From the NCBI GenBank assembly GCA_002633005.1, contig NMRA01000010.1, forward strand, positions 361,280 through 425,279: DNA of 64,000 nucleotides, in the 5' to 3' direction. Below the pieces are notes generated by a model. That model saw only the letters and a list, made by a program, of their open reading frames with translations. It searched no databases and was not told the origin of the DNA. Position numbers and translations under genes: made by a program. Below, one piece after another: positions 25,860 through 38,766 of this stretch; the stretch's first letter is position 1, and every line of letters starts with the position of its first letter. This DNA is from Phoronis australis (taxonomy: Eukaryota; Animalia; Phoronida).

Positions 25860-26275
25860 AATTCGAATAAATGCGGCATTTCTGATATCCCAAGTCACTA
25901 TACAGCAAATTTCATTCTTACTTGATATTACACATCAGATATGTAAGATTACGCAAAACTGCGTAAGATTACACATCAGTGTGTAATATTACGGACCCGT
26001 GCGTAATATCAAGCAGTCGTGCGTAATATTACGCATGACTAGCGTAATATTACGCATTCCTTGTGTGTAATATTACGAAAGCAGATTTCAATGGCTAATT
26101 AACAGAAGGCTAAATGAGGTTTTTCAAAAGTAGAACATGAAATGCATTAAGGAGGGGGTCATGATCGATTATAAACCAAATTTAAAAACAAAATGTTGAT
26201 ATTTATCTGAAATGTAATATTACATTTCAGTTTGGGACAAAATGGGAAAGTCCCTTTTTAAATGGGAAGCGCTTC
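25860..26275 (-). repeat. Right terminal inverted repeat of the large element
   Basis: Reverse complement of 9156-9550; weaker inverted similarity continues inward to ~25350 and ~10100. Confidence 0.9.
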
Positions 26276-29141
26276 TTCAGACTTATCAAGAAGGTCCTAA
26301 ATACCGTAACGTTGGGTAAGAGCCAGTTAAAAACACTACTGTCTCTTAACTAAGTGTTGGCAGCAATAATTCTAGACTAGTTGAAAGAATAACACTCTGA
26401 CTGCAAGTCACAGTTTTATACTCGTCTGTTGACTAAATGTTTGTCAACTTCCACAATTCACGGAAATTTATGAATGAATGCATTGCAAGTGTTAAAAATC
26501 ACGATTTACGTAATGGTTGTTTTAAAAAGTATGTAACATGCTGAAACCAGGCTCTTACTCGTCTGGATATGGTTGTTAAGGGAAATGAAACAATGTTTAT
26601 TGATAAAAACTTAATCAAACGTACCATACAGTTGGTAGCAACAGTCAAAAGCAAGTGAACACCAGGTTTGCAAAACTGACTTTGATGAATAAGCGTCGGA
26701 TTTTGAATAAGAGCCAGTTTGGAATAAGCGCCGCCGGGGTCAAAAAATGTAATTAAGAAATCAATAAGCGCTCCAGTGCTAATAAGCGACACTGCCGTAA
26801 CCTTATTCTATGGTTAAAGCTGCACAGGAGAGAATACTAGATTGTATTTATGGTATTGAAGACCAAAAGCGTAGTGAGGAAGGGAAATTTGTAATTTAGA
26901 CAATCATTGAAGTGAAAATATTGGAGAATTCAGGGATGGTTGTTTTTAGTGAAAGGTGTGAATGGTTCAACAAAGTTATAGCTTCACACCAAAACAACTG
27001 CTTTTCAAAACAAATAATAGCACTGTGCCGGTGAATCTGTTGCTCAGGGCAGTTCTTGTCTGCACAGCTTGGTTAATGAGAAAAGCCCAGCAGTAATGAA
27101 CATCGGACTTCAGCTTTGTCAATTTTGAGAACAGGCATATGTGGTTACATATTGACCATCTGTGATATCACTCCAGGAAAACAGCTGTGTATTGCAATGG
27201 CTACAAGCAGACAACCCTCCAAAATTTTGCTTGCTTCATTTGATAATTCCTTTCAACTCCATTTGTTGGCATCATTAAATTGTTTTTCGCCAAGGAGATG
27301 TAAAGACCAGTGTATCACAGATAATCAAGCCTAATACAAAATATTGCAGTTTTCATTTTTTTTTCATTTTTAGCAGCGAGTAAAAAGGGTGTCACCTTTT
27401 AATTTAACCACGTAATTTGAGTGGAGGTAGCAATCTCAATGACAAATTTACAAGAACCCTTGAAATGGAAGTCTTCTGAACTTGGTTTTTTTTTAAATTC
27501 ATGTGTTAATCTATTGAAATAATAATAAAACCCAACGCATCAAGAAATATTACCTGAAGATGCCCGTGAACATATTATTTCAGTCATTCATTACAGCAAG
27601 TTAATTCTATCATGCTTTGTTCACTGAGTCATAGAAGTCAAAGAACAAATCAGAGGACGATTATGATTTAATCCACAGTTCAAATTAAAATTGGATCTAT
27701 ATATTTGGTTTCTACAGTGAAAGACTTTCAAGGTAGTTGAAGGTTACCGCTACTGTACACAAGTTACAACTGAAATAATCTCAGTACAGTAAAGTTTATA
27801 TGTGAGTCAAAATGATCTAATCTTTCACCAATATAAGTAACTTAGAATGCACAGTACTTTAGAACATTTAAGCATTACAAACGTTATCCAACAACAAGAC
27901 AAATTTACATGATATGAAAGTGGATATGCCTAACTATTACCATGGCAACTAGGTATTTCCTTACATTAGAATTCGACAAGCGTGATTTGAAAAAATAAAA
28001 AGTTGTATGGAAAAATAATTGGAAGCTTCACAATCCAACATGGCCTATTACTCTAATTAAGAGTTCTTACATTTTGGGCCTTGATAGCTTGAATTAAGAA
28101 AGCAATAAGTTACAACGCATGCATTGAAAGAACGATTCATACGAAAAATTTAGAAAAATATGAATTATGTTGTGACACATAATCAAACGTTGAAGCGCAA
28201 TTGACTTTCAAGGAAAAAACAATAATTTTTTTCGAAACTTTCAACTATCTTTTAAGCTGAGTGTATGGTCAACTGAATGGGATATTCACACTGTAATAAT
28301 TAGAATATTCCTTATATTTTTGCACAAAAACATAAACATTGTGCAAAGTTGTTTTTTTCTAGCATATTTCATCAAAATGTATCAAAGTTAAAACTTCACC
28401 AAGTAAAAAATAGCCGATTGAACATGCCCTTCAGTTCAACAGAAGTCGTCATGTCGGTGCAAACGGAAATTGTGAGCCTTTTTATCACTCAATAAGTAAT
28501 ATCTACTAGGCTGAAATCCAATGAAAAGTATTGAATCGCTCAGAATTGTAGGTATAGATCTTTCTCACTAAATTTCATCGTAAATTATTGGTGAAAATAA
28601 ATAATGCACGGTTTTAAAATGGTCTCGTAATTTGTGCCGCTGGTGTCCAAGATGGCCAACCAGATCCAAACAAATGACCCAAATTTTGCCACCAAAATTG
28701 CAATAAATGTGCACTGCTTAACCCGATTTTGATAATTTTTCAATTTTTATTGAGTGAGATGCATTATCTTTCCGATTATATTGAAGTATTTTTGCAAATC
28801 GAAAAAAAAATTGGTTGGACAGCCCTACTCTTACTGTTCATTTAGTACAGCTATCGATCGACTAGGCTAAAATTCAATGGATTGCAATGACAGGTAACGA
28901 GCATCAAGCTATAATTCAGCACATCCAAACACTGGTATGTTGCAAAAACTGTAATTTAAAAGAAAAGCAATCTAGTGGTTACTTCTAGCACTAATCCTGT
29001 CCGCCATTTTGAATGTTAGGTTGTCAATAGTAGCTCAAGGCCCACTAGCTTCTGGATAGCGACGGCATGTACCGTTTCGAATACTCTCTAAAAGTTCATT
29101 CATCCTGGTTTACAACCATACTCGGGTCATAGGCTTTTGTT

Positions 29142-29321
29142 CTAGAAGCAGTCCATAGAAATGTGTTCGCTACAAACTACCGAATATGGCGACGCTCCAC
29201 TCGTGGACTTCGCAAAGTATTCTCACTTGGGTCGCAGTCTTGTATCAGTGGAAAACATATGCAAAGATACCCCAGCTCTTGGCATATTGCCACAGCCTCC
29301 AACTACACAACGGTCAAGCAT
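29142..29321 (-). pseudogene. Decayed THAP zinc-finger domain (transposon relic)
   Basis: MLDRCVVGGCGNMPRAGVSLHMFSTDTRLRPK*EYFAKSTSGASPYSVVCSEHISMDCF*; C2CH THAP pattern, with the conserved Trp replaced by TGA. Confidence 0.85.
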
Positions 29322-29910
29322 TCTTGTTCAAATATTTACTCCAGTTTAAATCTAAAAATCCGTCTACATTAAATGAAAAAAGTACTCCTCTTGGCGCGCA
29401 GCAATGGACACTGTGGACTCAGTCAGGCTGACTCTGCATTGATCAGGTCAGTCCCCAGTAACTAAAAATGTTTATGGCAACACACAAGACCATGTGCATA
29501 TGTGTCACATTTCAGAGAATTAATGGGCAAAAATTGCATAATAAACCATTCTAACAAACACATATTAAGATTCCATTTGTGCAAGATAGTCCCAGTCAAG
29601 AGTACAAACCTATGGACAGACTCGGCAGTGATCGGGTCAGGAATTCCTGATGTGTTCCTGATGTGACTTGTTTCCGAAGATAGCCGAATTTCAAAATTTT
29701 CTGTTCACAAAATTTTTGAGGTACAAAATAAAAAGAAATGTGGTTCATAAGCAAACTTTATTAATAGTCAACACATCAGTTTACATATTAGCTACAACTA
29801 AATAGCTGTGAACCAATCTCTTTAATTTGCAGTGCACATCATGTTCCTCTTGTGCTTTGAGCGTGTGCCTGGTATTAACTCTGTACGTAATATTCATGTC
29901 TTTCTGTCAG

Positions 29911-30144
29911 AGAGGAAGGACTTGCTTGAGGATCTTGCTCGACGTGATCAGAATCCAAAGCTCAATGCACTGAAGTTGAAAATCCTGGAAGCCTATCAAG
30001 AGAATCCAGACAGTCATGGCATTGTATTTGTCAAAACGCGGGCTCTGTGTACGTCTATGGTTAGCTGGATGGAAGATACGGAAGAGTTGCGTCACTTAAA
30101 GCCTGCTAAAGTGACTGGAGCCAATGAAACTGCCAGTGCGAATG
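29911..30144 (+). CDS. RIG-I-like receptor exon (Hel2, motif IV)
   Basis: ctgtcag|AGAGG...AATG|gtacat; ERKDLLEDLARRDQNPKLNALKLKILEAYQENPDSHGIVFVKTRALC...; NPKL and GIVFVKTR motifs; phase-compatible with the 6682 exon across a 23-kb intron. Confidence 0.93.
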
Positions 30145-31327
30145 GTACATTAAACATTTTTTTTTCATTGAAGTTGATAAAGGATGGACATCTAATTCAC
30201 TGTTAATTTCACTACGATTGTGATTGTTTTTCAACAGTTCAAGAGTCTTTTGGTTCAGTAGTAAAAATTTTTTGTTTGGAATGACTAATATTTTTCTAGG
30301 CGTATTCAGTGCCATTCCAAATGTGCTGTGGTAAAAAAGACATAAATTTACAAACAGTAACTTCTTGGAAGTAGATATGCAATTCTCTTGTATATGAAGA
30401 TTTTGTCGTGCAAACAACCTTACTACGCAATTCATTTTACTAGACGTAAGAGTGGCATAGTTGCTGCCAGTTTCTCAGTGATCAGAACTGCTCTGCTTGC
30501 AATTTATTGTGACCGGTGTCCCATCCTCAAATTGGTCACAGCCATTTATCATGACACCCTTTAACCAAACACACTTTAGATTAATGACCCTCGGTTCAAA
30601 TTCTTCTGTTGAGTATTGGCAGAATTTCTTATTTTACTTTATTCAGCATTTTGCAGCAATTTGATACCAGACATAAAGGAGAAGACAATCATGTTAGAGT
30701 CGTCTTTAGTTATAACACAATTTTCTGGTTTTCCCAGACAATTTTGTAACTTAACTAAATTTCCCTGGGTTCTAATTAATTATGCATTGTCCTCTCTGGA
30801 TATGATGATATATTGTGGACTAAAATTTAGCATTTTCAGCTGTTTGGTTTGTAAAACTGAATGCTTCATGTAAAGTTAAGTTTAGGAGAATTATTGCCTG
30901 AAATAGAGATGCATTAGGTTTAGGTTCTGAGATACAAGGTAATGAATGGTTTAGTAAATCTTTGAACCATGGGAGATAATTGGCTTGCGAGTGCACGGAA
31001 ACATTTAACAAAATATGAATGTACAAGATTGATATCTGGATTCAACCTCAATTAGAAACTGTTGTCATGCGGAGTTGAAACCAACTGGAGGTTTTAGCAA
31101 TGCGTGCAACTAGATAATTGGCGTTATTGAAAGTAATTCTGATATTTGAGAGGTCATAACTGGCAGGTCTGTATACAGATAATGTATACACACATATTAC
31201 ACTATGATGACTAATGCATATGACAACAGTGCACACCAGCTATAGTTTTCAAAATGGATATTCTTAAAGAACTTATTGTTATTAGCATGATACATGATTT
31301 TTGTGGTTTCTGTTTTGGATTTTTCAG

Positions 31328-31495
31328 GAATGACACAGAGACAACAGGTGGATACCCTTAATTACTTCAAAGATGGCAAACATAAAATCATCATCGCCAC
31401 ATCTGTGGCAGAGGAGGGTCTGGACATTAGAAGCTGTAACCTGGTCATACGTTACCAACATGTGACCAATGAGATCGCGATGGTACAGGCCAGAG
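31328..31495 (+). CDS. RIG-I-like receptor exon (Hel2, motifs V-VI)
   Basis: ttttcag|GAATG...AGAG|gtcag; [56 protein letters not shown]. Confidence 0.95.
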
Positions 31496-31939
31496 GTCAG
31501 TTAGTACTAATTACCTTAATTTCCAGGAATGAGTGCAGTTGTCAACTTTGAACACAATATGACAGACACGCAGAATTTCGTTTTCTCAATTTTTTAATGT
31601 GTTTGTTTTTTGAAGTGGGTTTGTTCTTAACAGGAAGCATGTTACACGCCATCAAGTTTAGCATGAAACGTTCAAAAATTGAAAATTGTCATTCTACTGC
31701 TTTTGTTCAAAATTGGAGAATTTTCAGTTTTGGAACTAAGTAAGTCAAAAATGCATGAAAAACTTCAATTCAGAACATGAAATTCATGTTTTACTCCAAT
31801 AATGCTTTTTGGTACTGATGCTTCTCAAATTCAATGTCGCATTTCTTTAAACAGTTTACATTTTATTGTTAATCCTTAATGGAAACTTATGTGAATAAAA
31901 GTAATCCTAAGGTGGATACTTGTCATGAAAAGGAAGTGA

Positions 31940-32118
31940 TCTTTTGCACCCACATACCCACCTCATTTTGCACCCACATACCCACCTCATTTTGCTCCCA
32001 CATACCCACCTCATTTTGCTCCCACATACCCACCTCATTTTGCACCCACATACCCACCTCATCTTGCACCCACATACCCACCTCATTTTGCTCCCACATA
32101 CCCACCTCATCTTGCACA
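31940..32118. repeat. 24-bp minisatellite (~7.5 copies) in an RLR intron
   Basis: Unit TTTTGCACCCACATACCCACCTCA. Confidence 0.95.
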
Positions 32119-33535
32119 CCCAAAACTCTTAATATGTAAAAGTAATATAATTTTGCAGCTTACGTATTTCGTTCACGAAAACAACAACGGATTTAAAACT
32201 TGACATGTTTCGGTGTCATTTATTAAACACCATCCTCAGAAGTCATAATACAGTGGCCACCTAGCTAGGCCCAGCAACAAGTAATGAAGCACAGATACAG
32301 TCAGTTACGTATTTCGCATAAGACTACTTGGTGAGAATTTCTTGCCTTGTCTATTTCACACACAGTCAGTTTAATTGGCACTTTGGAAAATGTCAAGGTA
32401 TACAGCTGTAGTCCCGTCATTATTTTTAGTAATACACACTTTGTAACTGATGTTAATAAGGTCTAAACTTTATATATTCACCATTAATTCATTCCTGTTG
32501 GATATCTCCTGCTTTTGTAAACATGATGTGAAAAGGTGACCTGGACGAGTGTTTTGTCACAAAGAGTTATGTGCTCAAAAGAGTGTTTCACCTGACTGGT
32601 AGGGTAAAAGTATTCCTATATTGGAACAGGATAAAGTAAACTAGGTCATGTTGGCAACCCATAGTCTACGGTTGAGCAAAGCAAAATACTTCGGGAACAC
32701 TATTGTCTTGAAAAAAGTCTTTAAACATGCAGTAAACAGCACTCAGAAATTTCAGTCCTTGTCATTTGGCAAGTTCAGACAGCTATATTTGGGAAACAAT
32801 TCAATGTTCTTTTAAAACAAGATGGAGAGTCCTTTACAAGTAGCTTAACAACATGGCATAGACTTCAAATGAACAACTGATATTTTTTGCACAAAGACGC
32901 TGAAGTTAAGTTGGGTAAGGGATTTTTGAAAAGACATTACTTGAAAATGACAGAACACTTTTAGAATTGCTGGTCTATTTTGTGATTTATTTGAAAACAT
33001 TTGAGGTTAATATGTGAATTATTCTTTTTCTTTAATTAAAGATAAACGTTTTCACAATTTTAAAGGTACACTATATCATAAAAATACTAAATTTTGTTTA
33101 ATGAAAAATACACACTGTACAGGTTTTCATTTAGACAGTATAAATAAGTTCAATGTTTGCTACCAAACAAGCTTTTGTTGCTGCTAATAAGAAGTAGAAT
33201 TTACAAGTTTCATGCAAAAATTATTTTGATCTCCATCTTGTTTTTAGGAAAAACAAAGTCAGTCATGTGACTCAGAATGTGCCCGAGTACATTAATATCA
33301 TTTTCGTGTTCTTGTGATTAACAAAAAGATTTTTAAAAAGGACATCTTGACTGAAAGTTAGTGGTTTGAAGAAATCTTTCATTTTGGTAACAAAGGTCAT
33401 TACTTTAATGCGATTAGGAAGCTGATGGCAGCAGTACATGTACATGTCTCTCGATCTGTTGTCAGGTAGAGCCAGGATGGAATACAGTCAGTATGTTGTG
33501 ATGGTTGAAGTACATGTGAAATGATCTGTTATCAG

Positions 33536-33698
33536 GTAGAGCCAGGGCAGAATGCAGCCAATATCTGGTGATTGCCGAAGCAGGTAGTGGAGTGGGGCAG
33601 AAGGAGTCTATCAACATCATCCGAGAGGCAATGATGCACAACGCACTTGTTGAAGTGAGCAAGATTCCACAGCAGGAGTTTAAGGAAAAGAAAGAGAA
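33536..33698 (+). CDS. RIG-I-like receptor exon (end of motif VI, pincer/bridging helices)
   Basis: atcag|GTAGAGCC...GAGAA|gtaagt; GRARAECSQYLVIAEAGSGVGQKESINIIREAMMHNALVEVSKIPQQEFKEKKE, completing QARGRAR. Confidence 0.92.
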
Positions 33699-33777
33699 GT
33701 AAGTCGGAGGTTTTTCATCTCTACAATGACACAAAGGCAATGAAACAACTATTGAGGTTCTTTAGGACCTAAGGGGA

Positions 33778-33992
33778 GACAGTGTGACTTAGTGGGATAA
33801 GTGACTGCTTCCTCTACTCAAGGTCATGGGTTCGAATCCCTGACTGGGGCACACTCTTAGACCCTTGGGTCTGGTCTCTAGCATTGCAGCACCCTTTTAA
33901 CTGTATATTATTAAGACATAAAAATGGTTCCAGGCGATCAGTACAATGGGCCGACCTGAGTGGCCTGCGTATGACTGGTACACTGTGTACCA
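33778..33992 (+). mobile_element. tRNA-derived SINE-like repeat
   Basis: Box B GGTTCGAATCC; body and tail shared with two other copies in the window. Confidence 0.65.
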
Positions 33993-34159
33993 AACTGTCT
34001 GCAATTATTTTTATATGTACGACCCTATAAAAATACCACATTTTGGCTCACTTCGGAACATCTTATCTCAGAAATGGCTATGGATGTATGAAACTTTTAG
34101 ATTCTACACTTCGTGACTGTATTCTGAAGCGTTTAAGAAATATTCCACTATTTCATTAA

Positions 34160-34721
34160 GGGCTGTTCCAGTAAAATCTGTATGGGAGGGGGGAAATCAC
34201 CTTTTTTCGCACCCACCACCCATATTTTTCATTTATGTCTTCAGCCTACCACCCGTAATTTTTTATAAGTTTGAAATGCAACCACCCGTAATTTTTTTTT
34301 GTTCTTGTGGTTGACTGCACAGGCGCTTGAGTTTATCTGTCCCTCCATCACCACTAACGTCATTCATTACTAAGAAAACATATGTTTCTTATATATGGTA
34401 ATTAGCCATCGAGAAATTCGAGCACCTGTGGTTAAATGGTGTTATGGGCATGCCGATGAGGAGATCGTAGGGAGTGAAAAAGTCGGAGCTTTTTGCAAGT
34501 TGCATTTTTGTTTCAGTTTTTGATTCTGTGCGGATTGTTTATAAAATTTACTAAAATTACCCACCATCAAACATTTATGGCCCAATGAAACAACAACGAC
34601 CTGTAAATTTTCATTTTTTTCAAGTACGACCACCAGCCATTTTGAATTTAAATCACGCAACCACCCATAAATTTTTATTTCAGTTGCCTTCCCCCCCACA
34701 CACATTTTGCTGGAACAGCCC
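34160..34721. mobile_element. PIF/Harbinger-like MITE in an RLR intron
   Basis: TIR GGGCTGTTCCAG...CTGGAACAGCCC with TAA on both flanks; subterminal CCACCC motifs. Confidence 0.8.
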
Positions 34722-35703
34722 TAAGAGCTATCAAAAATAGGACTCGTGATTTAAAAAAAAATTGCTTTCCGAAAACGAAGTGACACTTTAGCAAAAGTGC
34801 AACATCATTTTTTATATCTTGAGCATTCGTCATGTTATGGATACCGATGTTTTGTTATCAATGTACCTTAATTCCTTTTGCTAAATTTTACTTAAAAGAC
34901 ATGGTCACGTGACCCAATTAATGGCAAAATAGCCAAAAACCAAATTATACACTCAAGCTTTCTACTTTCAGAAAATATATTCAATCATGGTTTTGTAGAT
35001 ATTTAGCTGGTCAATAAGTTGTGTCAATTATATTATCCATTAATCAAACCACATCAAGTTAGCCAGTTGGTTTTCAAATAAAAGTTAACAAAATTAATTT
35101 TCTTCTCTGACTTTTAAAATGACAAAATATTGGAGCACTGTTTTGACAGTTTTTTTAAGAATTTACAGATAATTCAATGGACAATTTCTGCTCCTCGTTT
35201 TCCTTCCCTCATGTTGTTTTCTGAGCTGGTCATTAACCATAGGTCATGTGATTTTCATGGATGTTGACAGTTTTGTAATAAAGAGACAACAATGCTTTCC
35301 CAATTTTGGACAGGTTAGACATTTTCTGCACCATTTGATGGCCATTTTTATGATACAAAAACACCATTAGGAGTGCACCATTTGCGTTGCAGTTGTTGGC
35401 GCATTTCAGTGCTCCACATTGCTGTTGTTTCATAAGAGATATACTGTACTGTACCAGAAAATGCGATCCCCTATCCGAGTACTGTAACCATGGCTACCAA
35501 CAGACAATATTTTGATGAATTGTGGGCATTCACAATAATGTTAGAAACCCTTGAAGATTGAAAAAAAGTGCAGTGTTTGGCAATTATTTTTGTCTGAAAT
35601 TGATGAGATTTTACGTTTCCAGAAAATGAAAAAGTGTTATTCTATCGATTTTTATACAAGATATTTCTGTTGGCACTTCGTTTAGATTTGAGATATTTTT
35701 CAG

Positions 35704-36172
35704 ATATCAACAGGAAATGAAAATTGACCGTGAAATCGATGCAAAGATAATGAGCAGCAAGAGGCGAGCAAATGGAAAGAAAGTTTACCAGTTTCGTTGC
35801 GGCAAGTGTCACGAATTTGCCTGCATGTCGACAGATTTTCGAGTGTTGCAAGACTCCCACCACATGGTACCTGACGAGGACTTTATGCAACGAATTCAAT
35901 TAGTAGGTCATCCAAAACCAGTGGTGTATGGAGAAATAAATAAAATTGGAAAGATCTTTTGCAAAAAGTGCGCATACGATTGGGGAATTCAAATTCGGTA
36001 CAAGCAAGTGCTTTTCCCAGTTTTAAAAATAACCAGTTTTGCTTTGCTCGACGAGTATGATAATGCATTAGGCCACATAAAAAAATGGAAAGATTCACCA
36101 TTTTCTGTAGTTCCTTTTGGCCAAGAGGACTTACAGAAAAAAATCACCAATTTTGCAAACGCCATCAATTGA
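35704..36172 (+). CDS. RIG-I-like receptor terminal exon (C-terminal Zn/RNA-binding domain)
   Basis: ttttcag|ATATCAACAG; CGKC...CKKC zinc ligands, HPKP, DWGIQIRYK, PVLKI, KKWKD; stop TGA ends at 36172. Confidence 0.95.
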
Positions 36173-38107
36173 TACTTCATTAGCAATTCGGAATTTCCTT
36201 TTATCATGGTACTATTTTCGCTCATTGAGACAAGGTAGTAATTATATTTTTATCCACAATGTTGCTAGGAATATTTTGACCTAATATCCCATCATCAATG
36301 TGTTCTAACGAGACACAGCCATCATACATACCAGCGTTATTAAAATTTTCTCATTTTCCCAAATTTAACTGCTGCAGTATTTGTCTCCTGTACTCATGTT
36401 GTATGTTTTCATCTTTGGGTGGAGTCACAATTACATTCTATACAGTAGTTGCAGCTAATGTGTTTTTTATCGGGTCGCTTCTAAGATGAGGAAATTTTAA
36501 TGAAGTTGACACAACTTTGTGAACTATCAGATTGCATTCATTCTTTTTAATGGAAGAGGTTACATTTGCTTGGTCTGAGACGGTCTATGAAGCTCTTAGT
36601 AAATGAAATTTTGATCAATAACTGTAATTTATTGTGTTCCATACAATCGGGTATTTAAAGCTACATCTCTGTAGCTGACGTAATTCGGTTTATTTCATTT
36701 TGCATGTAGGCTCATGTGTCTACTTCACTTATAGATGCAGACAGAACTGCATTATGTATGTCTTGAGGGAACGTTGGAGTTATGAGTTATTCATGTGTCC
36801 CATCTAAGAAGCAAACTTTTGATTGAGACCACCCACTGTTATAGATCAGTTCCTTACTCAGGTGGGAAGTGATTTCAGAATATGCAAAGAATTGACGGTG
36901 CTCGGCACATAAAATATACAGTGACAAGCCAACTTGTAGAGCTTGCTGTACGAATTATCAGAACTTTCAAAGCCTTGAAGTCACCCTAAATTTGATTATG
37001 GTACAAAAATGGAGACCAGTTACTTCCATAATTGTAAGTCGACAAAATCAAAATTTGTTTTTGTGACGGAAGTCTGGTTTGTTTAACATTTGACAGTTTT
37101 CAAAACTTGCTCCTCTGTTTTACTGAAACATGTCACATATAGGCGCATGCGCTACATTCCGGACATAGGCACAGCTCCACCTATCGGCACATAATCCTAC
37201 ATTACTTTATACATGCATGTACACTAAATGAGGTTCATGTAGTTGCTTCATAATACAGTAAAACTGTCAGACGTGCACAAGTTGGATTAGTCAGAACGGT
37301 TATTCTAATTCCTGCACTTAACCTATCAGAAAAGTTGGACTTTGCCTATCTCAGGTGAAGTCTCTCTGTCCTGTTGGATACATCTTATGCAAGTTTTACT
37401 GTAGTTGCAAACACAGTTTAAATGCGAGTGGTTTATTTAGAATTTGGAGCAGCAGTCGACTACACTTAAAAGTGTCATTAAATCCCTGCTTCCTGTCAAA
37501 AATCCAAGTTTGATTTAGGCTACTTACCGTAATTGATCTTGTCTTGATTCTTACTCAACTTACTGGTGATCAAGCCCCAGGAAAAAATAGTTCATATTTC
37601 TTTAGACTTGAAACTTTAGGAGCTTGGTCTTAAGAAATCATGATCTGTCAGATCAATTTGACCATATGAACAATCTGTGTACAAGGAAAATGAAGAATTT
37701 TGAGTAATCATTGTTTGTGAATGATAGAATCGACGTCGTGGAGAGGTTTAGTGAAGAATACAAATTTTCAGGCTTGCCTTGTAAAAACAATTAAATGTTT
37801 TTTGTAACATAATTAAGCATGCCAAACACTAGAAAGTGAAAAATAAAATATTTACAAACCAATGCAACCTACAAGGAGTGGGTGTTGGGCAATTTAGTTT
37901 ACCAGTCATTTTAACGCTGGTCTAGTCATTTTAGGCATTGCAATCAATAGACAAAACAATGGATTTTCTTGCATTTTGGACTTGTTCAGTTAAGTAGTAA
38001 CCAGGTCCGTGTAATGTAGTTATTGTGTGTAACCCATCTCTGTTATGTGATTCTCACGATGTCTCGAATGAAAGAAAGGGTTGGACTATTTATCATATAG
38101 TAGTAGT

Positions 38108-38139
38108 GTATTGTATTGTATTGTATTGTATTGTATTGT
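38108..38139. repeat. (GTATT)n microsatellite between the convergent RLR and LYAR 3' ends
   Basis: gtattgtattgtattgtattgtattgtattgt. Confidence 0.95.
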
Positions 38140-38766
38140 GTGTATCATAATATCGGGCTCGAATATTACACCAGTGTTATGGACTTTTCATTTTTCTTTT
38201 CATGGCAACAATCATTGTACAGTACATGACAAAATACCAAATCTCCATCACGATGGTTAATTATGTTAGCAGCAAAATTACTGTTAATGACTTGTGAGGA
38301 CACTTCCTGTCATGAGGGAAGGCTTTTTTGAAGATGAATTTTACTTCAATCTACTCTTCCGTCATGAGAATTGCATATAAGTTCATCTGTGTTGCGTATT
38401 CACTGACCCCTAACACATGGGCTGACTGCAACCACATTTAAAATACTATTTAAAGTCGTTAAATGTAAAATGAACATCGTATTCAATAGATGACTTCAAG
38501 AAAAGTTGCTGCCAATTTGCTCGGAAGCAGAATACAGACATTTTGAGATGAATTAACATTTTGCTTGAATGTTTATAAATCAAATACAGTTCAAAGAATG
38601 AAAGACCATCTTTTAGCCATGTACAAGGTTGAACAAATGCCTGCCTCCACCAAACACATGGAACTAGAAAGACAGGAAGTATCTTGACCAAATCATTTGG
38701 TCACAAAATTCTACTTTTTTTGTATGAGATGTTTACATTAAAAAATGGTCTAGATAAGACAGTTCA

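Larger units (their letters stand above)
9156..26275. mobile_element. Large (~17.1 kb) foldback-like TIR element, apparently non-autonomous, superfamily unresolved
   Basis: Left end GAAGCACTTCCCATTTAAAAAGGGACTTTCCC... is the reverse complement of right end ...GGGAAAGTCCCTTTTTAAATGGGAAGCGCTTC; subterminal motif arrays on both sides; no intact long ORF inside. Confidence 0.8.

Noticed and set aside
9156-26275. Polinton/Maverick or endogenous virus, given the size and long TIRs
   Set aside because: No AG...CT termini, no 6-bp TSD, and no recognisable PolB, integrase, ATPase, protease or capsid ORFs
31879-32139. His/Pro- or Trp/Cys-rich repeat ORFs
   Set aside because: Translations of a 24-bp intronic minisatellite
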